DNA from: Amoebophrya sp. A120
Lineage: Eukaryota > Protista > Dinoflagellata
Assembly: GCA_905178155.1 (NCBI GenBank)
Contig: CAJINV010000021.1
Span: 44,106 to 108,105, forward strand
Direction of reading: 5' to 3'
Length of the DNA: 64,000 nt
Shown here: positions 37,701-48,038 of the stretch, in pieces
Numbering within the stretch: the first letter of the stretch is position 1
Layout of the letters: each line of letters opens with the position of its first letter
Notes under the pieces: generated by a model
What the model saw: the letters and a program-made list of their open reading frames with translations, nothing else
The model's database searches: none
Told to the model about the DNA's origin: nothing
Made by a program: the position numbers and the translations under genes

Positions 37701-40700
37701 TACGAAAAACGCGAAAAAAAGCTGCAAAACGCAAAAAAAAGCTACAAAACGCGAAAAATAGCTGCAAAACGCGAAAAAAGGTTGCAAAACGCGAGCAAAA
37801 GGCTTTCTCTAAGCAGTTGCGACTGGGCCGCTTTTGTTTCCCTCCCGCAAAGGAACGGGCCCAGAAGCCTCTCCAATTTCTCCAATCAAACAAGGAAGAG
37901 GGAAAGCTGCAAAAGTTTCAGCTCCCGTTCGTGGGAGAAGGAAGCAGCTGGCTGCGACCGCGGTGCCAACGTGTAAGTAAGCGCTGCCACACGACTGCAC
38001 TACGTGGGCAGCCATTTTGCTCTTTCTGCCGCAGGGGGGGCTGGGGCTTTTGCAAATTTCCCAAATAAAGCAAGAGTAGCAAACGGCCCAGCTCTTCTCT
38101 AGTGCAAACGCCGCGCAAAGAATCTCATCGCGCGGCGTCTTTTTTCGTTCTTTGCCCCGCTATTTCGCTGATTCGTAGGCGCGATTTTGCGCCGAGCCGT
38201 TGTCGCGAGGTGCATTCGTGTTGGGTCTAGTCTAAGCTGGTTGGCATGCTGGAAAGAAGACCGACGGAAACTTGCGGAACGCATCAAAATGCCATCGGTC
38301 TACGTATGGCAATCCAAAATAATCAGGACAGAATCCAGATATCAGCCGGCTTTTGAAGCGAAACACGATGGGAGTACACTTAGGAATCACTTCGGCCAGA
38401 TAGTCCTTTATTGAGAAAGTCCACTAGTAAGAATTCCAAACGAAAATTTAAATTTTGGTTGACGAACATGAAAAAACTACAGCCGGGACCACGACCCTCG
38501 GAGACAGCGGGATTAAATTGTCCGAAGGCACGAAGTATCAAGTGTAAAAATGTCTGGGTCTGGAAGATTGGAACTTGTGATGCTAACTTTGGAATCTAAA
38601 AAAATCTGTATTGCATGACCAGCAAGAGGAGCCACATTTGTGCTACGCGAGGAGGGCATTTGTCATGCGGAAATGGCATCAGGAAGCTTTCCAAAAATCT
38701 GTGATGCTGGATCATGCATTACAAGCATCATGGGTCATGCCAGACAAGCATGACAAGCCTTCCATTCTTCCAGACCCAAACATTTTTACATTTGATACGA
38801 AGTATGTGGTCATCGTCAAGGGCGCCCCAAATATCATCCTGGACAGCTGCTCCTTCACCTGCGCCGTCGGGGATTCTTCGACTCCAAATTTTGGCAAGGC
38901 CGAGAAGTCCAAGGCAATGGAAACCGTGGATCAGCTCTCCTCCCAGGCGTTGCGCGTGCTGGCGGTGGCAATGAGGTACTTACTAAGTTATGAGGTTCAT
39001 TCTTTCATAATTAAGCTGAATACCGATCGTAGTACGCAAGAACTGAAGACCAAGTGCTTTTGTCTTTCGTGAATAATACCGAGGACTTCGAGTTGGAGTT
39101 GCGCTTGGTCGACTTTGAGGAAATGGGAATCGTCGATGATGTATAGAAAGATGCATTCGCTTCAAGAAAAAAACTTTCACATCAACAGGGAATACAAGGA
39201 GCTTCCGTTCGACAACAACGACGACGAGATTTCCTCGGACACGAAATTCAAGCTGATGCTGGAGGGTGCGCAGCTGCGCTTGCTGGGTCTGTTCGCGTCC
39301 ATCGACCCCGCGCGTGAGGGTGTGAAGGAGGCCGTCGAGGCAGCCTACGAGGGGAGCATCCGGGTCACCATGATCACGGGTGACTACTACAAGACGGCCA
39401 TTGCCATCGCCAGAAACATCAAGATTCTCTTGCCAGAAGACGACGTGGCAGAGGTATGAAGAAAATGATACGAAGGATTCATATTTACAGCATGCCGTTC
39501 AACATCTTGCATGTCGAAACTTCCAACATCCGAACATCTTGATGCGAACAACATTCACCGCATTCTTAATTAACCCTTCAGGCCGCCCTGGACTGCGGCG
39601 GATTGCGTCCGAACGGGGAGTATCTGCCCGAGGTGGAGATTGACTTCTTGACCAGTAATATCGCACGAAAAAAGTGTTTCACTGTAGGGATTTTGCAAGT
39701 TTTGCATCACAAGTTTGTTCTACATCACAGAGAAAATTTGCCATGTGAGATTCCGAAGGGAAAACACAGCTAAAAATCTAGTGTCTTGCATGTGTAGCAA
39801 GACAAACCCTTCTCAGATACATTTTTTGCATCTTTTGGCTCAAGACTTCTTGTCTTGTGGCCATTTTCCCACATTAGAGACGGGGCCGCACCCCCGTGAG
39901 ATCAACTCGTCCGGACTCATCGTGGAGATCAACCCCCGTGAGATCCAAGATCCGTAGAGGCACTCTGTAACAGGCTTCAGGTGCGGCTGATGAACCTTTC
40001 GTCCCATTCGTAGAAACTTCCTAGTAAATCAAAACAAAACAAAAATGAGGACTCATCTGCCCTCCACCTGAAGCGCGCACGTGCGCAAAATGCTTCGGTG
40101 GTGCCGGCGGGTGTTTCGCCCGGTTCTTCTTCTGTCACCAGCGGCGGCGAGCATTTTGACTTGCGAGAGCCTTCTCCTTCTCGGAGTAACGTGCGCGAGC
40201 TTTTCCTCTCGGAGTAAATGCGGGCTTACCTAGCACGAGCTTCTCCTCTCAGAGTAACTTGCGCGACTTCTTCATCTCGGAGTACGGGTCGGCTCTGCGC
40301 GAGCTCCTCCTCTTGGAGTGACCTGTAAAATCAACACGCGCTTCCTTCGCTTGGAAATGCCGTTCAAGCTACGCGACGCGTTTTCTCTCCTCGGTCACAC
40401 GTAGCGTAACGAAGCAACGGGGACAGCTCCGCATCAGTGGCGATGCGCTCTAGCCTTTCGATCGGCAGATACAATCCGCAAACTGGCGCGTTGCGTTGGG
40501 GTCGGAGCACTCGTCGCGGATTGCCGGCGCGTTTCCATCTCCGGTCCACGAGGATGCCGCGCACACTAGCGGAGCGCCCTGTTGCTTGGGAGATCAGGGA
40601 CTCTTACCATATTTTCCTTCTTTGCTTCCTGTTTTTCATGCATTAAAATTAAATTTTAAAAATTCGTATTTTCATTTGCATGTCTCTGAACCTGCTTGCT

Positions 40701-43700
40701 TCGCTTCTCGCTGTTCTGGTTGTGGATAGCGGTGTCCGCAACATATTTTGCGATCTCCTCTCATTCTAAGTGCCCAATACTCAAATACTGATCTCAGGCT
40801 CATCATCGTACTCGGACCGTCTGCGCTGGCTCCGGCCTCGTTTTACGTTTGTGACGCCTTTGCCTGCAGTGGGTGCTTCGTGTTGCAGCGGCTTGTCGGT
40901 GTGATCAAATCGGGCCTGGACACAGCTTCTCCTGCCTACGGCGCGGTGGTTCCTCGAGATCTGTTGTGGTTGCAGTGATCTACAGTGTGCGACAAGTGCC
41001 GGCCGCAGGATGTCCAAGGGGATTCGCCGGTCGTGGCCATCAACTCCACGTCGCAGACGGCTGGAATCTTTCGCTATGCTATTCCTTTATATCAAGGCTG
41101 AGGCAGGGCCAAATGAGCCCTGGTCCGATCGCCCCCAAATGTGTGCGGCGCGGCCTCCCAAATGCGAGAGGTCAGCCTTGATATAAAGATGCCCGCTATG
41201 TGGTCGGTACTTATATGCCTGCGCTCCAGACCTTCGCGGGTGCTCGTCGTCGTGCGGCTGCGATCTGTTGCAGGGAGGCGGTTTCCGGACTAGCGGGTGT
41301 GAGTGTTCGGTGGTGTGGTCAACATACTTCGCCAGTTTCCCCTCCAGCAAGACCGTTCTCGCCTCCATCTCAGTGAGGTCGTGGATAGGATTTGGTGGGT
41401 GACTCCCGTTGCGTGATGATCCTGCCCTGTCTGATTCCACGTCCCCGGCACACTCGGGTAGTAGGTCGGGTTGGTGGTTTGCCATCGTCGTTCGCTTGGA
41501 CCCTGGGGTTTCCTTCAAGGCGTTCGGCAGGTCTCGCGGCCTCGCGCTTCAAGGTGTGTTGCCCTGAGATCGGGTGGTCTTCGGACTGCTGCGGATCTTC
41601 ACCTTGCTGCCCGTTGTGCTTCTTGACTGGTGGTTTTCCTCCTTCCTTGCTTTGCTCCTCCTGTTGTGCTTGGTCCCCAGAGTTCCAGGGCCTTGGTTCT
41701 CTGGGTTACCTGGGTCGAGTTGGTTGTGCGGTTCGATTCTTCCTATGCCCCTGCCCCTCTGGTCTGTGCCGCTGCAGCCGGAGGTGTGCGTTTTCATTCG
41801 TCAGCCAGCCTCTTAGAGCTGAAGCTATATGACGTTTGCGTTGGGGAGATTCTCAACGGTCCCTCAGGGCATTGCCCCGTTGCTCGCTCTTGGTGGGAGG
41901 TGGTTGAGCTTGCTTCGGGAAGAGTAGCCGGAGTTGAATTGGCTTTCAGCCTTTTCATTTGTGAATTCGAGGGCAGTGGTTGGCAGAGGTTGTGCGGGAT
42001 ATTCAGTTTTTGTTATCCCGGGACATTTGTGTTCCTTACCCACTTCCTCATTTCCTGGTTGACCAGTTGGTATGGTCGACTATAGGTGCCACCCTCGTTT
42101 CTCACCTCCAGGGGCCCTGGGCTCACCTCACCAGTGATGTTTCACTTGGTGGAAGTTGACAGGGTTCTACGAGCTATTTTGGGTGTCTATTGTCTACATT
42201 TTTTGCATCACAAGTTCACAGTGAAGCAGTTTTTTCTCGGGACAAGTAAGGTGAAGGTGTTCGCCCGCGCCAAACCGGAGGACAAACTGGAGATCGTCGG
42301 GTCCCTGCAGCGCCAGGGCCTGGTGTGCGCGATGACAGGGGTATCAAATGCAACAATGTCAGGGCTGGAAGAGCACAACTTTGTCATGCACATTTTCCAT
42401 GATCCATGATGTCTGTCATGTATGCCATAGCATCACAGATTAGATTTTTTGAGCGCTTATCTATGCGCATCCAGCATGACAAATGCCCTCTCCGCGTAGC
42501 CAAATTTGAATCCTCTTGCTGGTCATGCAATACAGGCTTTTTTAGCATCTAAATGCAGCATCACAAGTTTGGCTCTTCCAGGCCCAGACACTTTTGCATT
42601 TGATAAGGGGACGGCGTCAACGACGCCCCGGCGCTTAACAAGGCCGACATCGGGATCGCAATGGGCATCCAGGGTACGGACGTCGCCAAGGGCGCCAGTT
42701 CCATGATTCTGGTGGACGACAACTTCGTTTCCATCGTGGGCGCGGTCGAGATGGGCCGCGTGATCTACGCGGGCATCCAGAAGTTCGTCGCGTTTATCAT
42801 GTCGGTGCACATCGGGGAGGTGATGCAGATCTTTTTCTGCGTCGTGGCGAAAATCCCGATCATGCGGCAGCCCCTGCAGATTCTCTTCCTCATCCTGGTC
42901 ACCGACCTGCCGCCCGCGGTCGCGCTGGGGATGGAGCCCGGGTCCGCTACCATCATGCGGGACCGCCCGAGGCCCAAGAAGCAGCCCATTGTCTTGCGGT
43001 GGATGTGGATGTCCATCGTCATCAACGGTTTGATTCTCTCCATCGTCATCGCCATCTGCTACCTGCTCTGCTTGGAGTACTACGTGGGTACCATCCCGAA
43101 AGACGAGATCAAAGACGCCATCGACCACGAGGATGCGTTCGACAAAGCTAACAGCAACTGCATTATCCTGCTGTATAAGAACGTACCCACGAGGACCCCA
43201 TATAGTCAAGTTGACATGCATGACTCACTGTTTTGTAGTTCCGGTTAGCAAGGACAGCCGCATCACACCGCCATTTCCTCATCCTGTTTGCAGCGTTGAA
43301 AATGCCAAAACACGACTGGAAGTGCCTGTATTGCGGATGCGCATTACAACTGTTGCCGTATGATTATATTGCAAATCTGCACGTCCACGTTCTTGACAAC
43401 TCTGGTGGTCGTCGTGGGGGAGATTTATGCACATCATAGGCAGTCAGGGCATGTCGCATGCAAACCTGGATCCTCCGAGCTGGTACGTCCACTTACTCAA
43501 AAATGGCAAAAAGATATTGTTTGACTTCACTGCATGCGTTGAGTTCTGTAGTGAGTTTCCGACGAAAAAACGAAGTACAACTTTCTTTTGTCGTGTCAAC
43601 ATGTCTTTGATAAATCTACGTCTACCGCGTGGAAACTTTCTTCACAGTTTGATCACGAGCGGGAAATGACCTCTTTCATTTGTGTCCACAGTTACAAGAA

Positions 43701-45736
43701 TACGCCACGAGATAGAAGGAATACAACACCTTCCGGTTGTAGTACAGCGACGAAAGAACACGCGCAATAAAAATCAAGATCAACAATCAATGAAAAAAAG
43801 GTACTGCGCATGCCGGATGGCAGGAGACAGCGAAGACACGTGCAACGATGATTCACGGAAGATGAGCACAAAGATGCGGTTGCGTCTGGCGGTATGGTGG
43901 AACATCAAGATTTATGGCACCTTTGACGCCCGCTCCGATGTTGTACTTAGATGTTGATGTTGGGTGGAACTGCATGTCCTCCTTCCTTTGCACGGGCGAA
44001 TGGTGGTTGTGTAGTCTTCATGGCACCACGCGCGTTTTCTTGTTTTCTATGTTCCCATGGGGTCTTTTTTTCGATGTATGAGTTGAGACATCGGTGCGGA
44101 CCGATAAGCGTGTTGTAGCTGCATTTTCCATCCATACTCCCGTACCGCAACCTTTGTCGCCGTGGTGTACGCAGAAAACGTCCGCGCCTACACAAGCAGG
44201 TCGTTCGACGAGCCCTTTTTTGTGGAGATGTTCAAGAACACGGCAATGCAGAAGGCCATCGCAATCGCACAGATTGCGCTCTTATCCTGCGCAAAGTTTT
44301 TAGTCGTACTCGGGTGGCTTTGACTTTGAATCGCAATAATTTTGCATGGGAATAATAAATCAATGCGTAGTTTTCACTCTCTCCGGTTGTACTATCTGCA
44401 TAAGTTACAGATTCCGTTTGCTAGTGCGAGAAAGGAATTTTTGCAAGGGATAACTCTACTTCGTCATTTTCATTCCCGTATCAACCGCAAAAATGTCTGG
44501 GTCTGGAAGAGTGCGCGATTTGTCATGCAGCTTTTCCATGACCCAGGAAGCCTGGAATGCAGGACCTAGCATGACAGATTCTGTGCAATCTCTCTCATGC
44601 CTATCCTGCATGAGAAAATCCCTCCCGACTTGGTCAAAACTGGACGACTTTTGGTAATCACGCAACACAGATTTTTGCATGCTCGAGATTTAGCATGACA
44701 AGTTGCATTCTTCCAGACCCAGACACTTTTACATTTGATATCCCGGACTCTCGGACGCCATTTTCGAGCTCGAGGGCGTGAGGATGTCGACTTACTTATC
44801 CCGTGTTAAAGCGTCGCCACCCCATGATGCTTCGTCTCATGCAGGTTTGCATGCTGAGGCTCAGCAAGCTTGCCATGCAAAGACCCACAGCGGCCACTTT
44901 GCATTCGTACTTACTTTGGTATGTGTCATGATGCTCCAAGCAGGATAAGCATAAGGTAGTTGATGCTCCATTAGGCTTACAGTGAAGATGCCGCTCCATT
45001 GGCCAGCTAGTCATAGCCATGGCAATATTAATTGCCCAAGATTTTTGTCATGCGTCGGAAGATGACAGAATACCCAGCTTGATGACTCTGGGGTGGGTAG
45101 TAAGTACGTTTTGCACGGGATATCAAGAAGATATGGAAGGGGAGACAGGCGTTGGGTACGCGTTCGCCTTCGGATCTGCTGCGGCCTGTATTCTTATACG
45201 CGTTCACGTGGTTGTTTTTCGTCCGCATACATCAAATAGTCGCCCTCTTGATTTCTCAGTTGTACCCACTATTCTGTGGTCGCCGTGGGCATTTAGGTGG
45301 AAAAGTAGCACCAGTAAATTCTCAAATATAACAACGCCAGAAAAAAAAATGCAATCTTTCGAAAGAAAATGAAATACACAAATACCATTCGTTTTCAGGT
45401 GTCCTGCTGTGTGAGCTGTACAAATTTGTCGTGAAGGGCCAAATCCGGGAGTTCGCCCGGCAACTGAAGGAGCAGCAGGAGGCCGAGGAGGCGGAGCGCC
45501 AGAGGCTGATCGCCGCCAAGGAGCCGCTTCCGGTCTCCCTCTCCAAGGGCGGCAGCAAGGAGCTGCTCGGGAGCAAGGGCGGAAGCAAGGACAAGAAGAC
45601 GTCAAAGGACAACGGACCGCCCAAGGAGCAGGAGGTGACCAAGCCGCCCGTGATGGTCGCGGAGAACGGTACCGGCGGACCGGGGACGGAGCTCACCGAG
45701 GTCGCGGTCGAAGTGCCGGCGGATAGCACGGCATAA
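34713..45736 (+). CDS. ATP4: P-type II cation ATPase, ATP4/ENA-like Na+ pump; ~18 exons
   Basis: LTGE, AAIPEGIP, DKTGTLTEGKMT, KGAP, MITGD, FARAKPEDK, TGDGVNDAPAL, ARTATF..VYAENVRAYTSRSF. Canonical introns: 35299..35531, 35887..36108, 36515..36725, 37285..38482, 38976..39188, 39454..39581, ~43483..43800, 45188..45398, plus 9 introners. The gene symbol is by motif similarity only. Confidence 0.9.
36828..37092. mobile_element. Introner family A
   Basis: TSD ACACG/ACACC; join C-S-N-T-S-L. Confidence 0.9.
37515..38430. mobile_element. 916-bp insertion flanked by a 76/84-bp duplication of splice acceptor plus exon start
   Basis: 37439..37514 matches 38431..38514; internal tandem GCGAAAAAAAGCT.CAAAAC repeats and their inverse. 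Confidence 0.75.
38536..38797. mobile_element. Introner family A
   Basis: TSD CGAAG/CGAAG; join G-T-K-Y-V-V-I-V-K-G-A-P. Confidence 0.95.
39659..42244. mobile_element. Introner (~209 bp core) expanded to 2586 bp by a nested insertion
   Basis: TATCGCACGAAAAAAGTGTTTCACTGT...ACAGTGAAGCAGTTTTTTCTCGGGACA; TSD AGTAA/AGTAA; join T-S-K-V-K-V-F-A-R. Confidence 0.85.
39833..42194 (+). mobile_element. Nested retroposed insertion starting with a dinoflagellate spliced-leader relic; 15-bp TSD
   Basis: TACATTTTTTGCATC at 39818..39832 and 42195..42209; the insert starts TTTTGGCTCAAG. Confidence 0.8.
42342..42605. mobile_element. Introner family A inside the TGDGVND motif
   Basis: TSD AGGGG/AGGGG. Confidence 0.95.
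43164..43438. mobile_element. Introner, family B-related, degenerate
   Basis: CCCACGAGGACC...GGTCGTCGTGGG inverted match; flanks TGCAT/GGCAG; in-frame join. Confidence 0.6.
43893..44136. mobile_element. Degenerate introner with no AG acceptor
   Basis: TATGGTGGAA...TTCCATCCATA; join L-A-R-T-A-T-F. Confidence 0.65.
44283..44452. mobile_element. Introner family C-related
   Basis: TATCCTGCGCAAAG...TTTTGCAAGGGATA; TSD GCTCT/ACTCT. Confidence 0.85.
44479..44740. mobile_element. Introner family A
   Basis: TSD TCCCG/TCCCG; join F-I-P-G-L. Confidence 0.95.
44797..45122. mobile_element. Introner, family B-related
   Basis: TATCCCGTG...CACGGGATA; flanks TTACT/TCAAG. Confidence 0.75.
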
Positions 45737-47744
45737 AAAGGGATCTTCGCTTGTTGTTCTTTGTTTTGAAGAAAAAATCAAGTAGAGCGGAAAAAAATCT
45801 ACTCTGTCTTCTTGTTCTCCTCGCGGAAACAAGATGTTCATGTTGACCCTCTCGAGAGGCGGTGCCAGGTGAAAAGCCGGAAAGAATGGCATCGCTTCCT
45901 TTAAGTTGCCAAAATAAGAATCATGGCATCAGAAATATAGAAGCTGGACGAGCATATATGGATCCGTAAAATAAATAAAGCTACGTACAAAGAAATCGAA
46001 TATGAAAACGGGTTCTCTGTGCGAAGTACAACGAGGAGGGCGACGATGAATTGTACTTGTCAAATATCGATGACGATGTCGCGTTCGCCGGTCGTGCTAT
46101 CGAAGAGCTGCCAGCATTTTTTCCAACAGCACTACTGGTAGACTAAAAATTAAAGACCACCCCTTTAGCATGTCGATGTCCCCGCCGCAAGGAGGGGCGC
46201 AGTAGCCGCTCGTAAAAATTCAAGCCTCCTGTACAATTGCAATTCTGAGTGAAAAATGCAACAGAAGTTTCTTTTAGACCGAGATTGATATTACAACTAC
46301 AGCAGGGTCTGAGACGATATGACCACTACAGAAATTTCACCTCCAGACGGGCAGCATTCTGAATACCGTCGCCTCTGACCACCACTGTAAGCCAGTTGAC
46401 GAATGTTTCTGTTTCTTTTGACGTATTGGTATAATCATGAATGAATCTTATGAAAACCACCTCGCTATTTACATCATGATACAATTACGAACTATAAATC
46501 ACAAGAAATCTACTAGCCAAGTGACACACGACGATGACACTCGACATCTAGTACCGTGAGAATGGTTCACGACATTTTGTTGTGCCGGTTATAGTGTGCT
46601 TGCTGTGCAGACTCTGTTGATAGGTAGCCAAGCATGTCTTTTCCGAGGATACTTAAACAATTTGGTTAAAAAGTGCTACTTTTGTGTGTAGAAGACGAGG
46701 ATCTGAAAACAGTACTAAAAAATTGATATGAGCAGACTGACTTACATCTCGGACTACGATTTCTAACTCCAATTATCTGTACCATGTTGAAATTTCAGCG
46801 GCAGGACCTTGCTTGCTGCGTGTCATGATGATGTAGAAGGTATAAACGAATTTCCCTCGTGCGGTGCTCTTTCGAGGGTGAAGGCCACACACCTGGGAAT
46901 ACGTGCTGCGGAGAGGAAGCAGTTTGGTGTTCTGCACAAATGTTTGTTGCGTAGGAGCACGCTCTATTCGACCCCGAGAGGGTCTCTCCCTTTGCCTTTT
47001 TGCAACGGCTTTTTGATTTCACCGTTTCATAATCATATATAATGCCGTTGCCTTTAGTGGAAATAGAAACATGCGTTGACGTTGATAGGTGCGATCGCAA
47101 TAAAGGCAACGCGTATGTCATTTCATTTCCATGTTGAAGAAAACGATCCTGTGAGTTCCTCTTTTATGTACGTATTCTTGCGCGAGCGCGCGTTTTGATT
47201 TTTGATTTTGCTCGAAGAAAGAAGTAGTTGCTTGACCACCCAACGGGAGGTCGGAGGCTTACTATTGCTCACCTTCAGAAGCGCTCGCGTCATTCTCTTT
47301 GTCGACCTGAATCTGTGGCTTTCCAGCTCCTTCTGTGATGTTGAGACAGATTCAGTTTTCTCAAGCAATATATTCAAGTAGTGAAGTTGTTTTTGTCTTT
47401 GCCACAGAAGCAACAGCAGACTCCCTTGCGACCGTGTATGATTAGTGGCCAGTTCTTTTGAGTTTTACTGTCTGGATTTTTGATCTGAATCGGACATACG
47501 ACAAGAAGGCTTTTCTTCTTTTGCTTTCCAAGCAAATTATAGCGCCCTGCTTGCGTGGTCCCAGCGTCTAATTCTTCTCATCCTGTAGCATTATCGTATT
47601 GCTGTAGCGGTAGCCTGAAACAACAAGCTCGAACCTTGTAGAACAAGTCTCGCTTCCTGCTCGGCCTCTGCCAGCAACATTTTGAGATAGTATTCACAGT
47701 AGACGCACCAGACATTAACAGCAATTCCTCTCGTCATCCTCGGG

Positions 47745-48007
47745 TATCAAATCTAAAAATGTCTGGGTCTGGAAGATTGCCAGGTTTGTCATGCATATTT
47801 TGAATGACCCATGATGTCTGTGATGCATGCCCTAGCATCACAGATTTTTAGAGGACCTTGTGATGCCTCTACTGCATGACAAATGCCCTCTCCGCGTAGC
47901 ACAAACTGGAGTCCTTTTGCTGGTCATGCAATACAAATTTTTTTAGAATCCAGAAACAGCATTACAGGTTTAGAATGTTCCAGACCCAGACATTTTTACA
48001 TTTGATA
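47745..48007. mobile_element. Introner family A (5' UTR or upstream of the ATG)
   Basis: TSD TCGGG/TCGGG. Confidence 0.95.
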
Positions 48008-48038
48008 TCGGGAAGAACACGACAAAACCCGAAAGAAA

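Noticed and set aside
37342-38068. Lys-rich and Phe-rich ORFs resembling histone H1 or DVNP
   Set aside because: They are translations of A-tract tandem repeats inside an intron insertion, open in all frames.
39974-40074. Hammerhead-like core (CTGATGA...GAAAC) enclosed by a 10-bp inverted repeat in the SL-headed insert
   Set aside because: Stems II and III do not pair convincingly and no NUH abuts stem I; an Infernal search would be needed.
41087-41560. Reverse-transcriptase-like words on the minus strand (RGIRQG, YIKADLS)
   Set aside because: They are in different frames and the wrong order for an RT domain, with no YADD motif; not enough for an RT call.
45900-47700. Possible genes in 45.9-47.7 kb (likewise 50.4-52.0 kb and 58.8-60.3 kb)
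   Set aside because: Only short ORFs without motifs or consistent splice joins; treated as UTR or intergenic.
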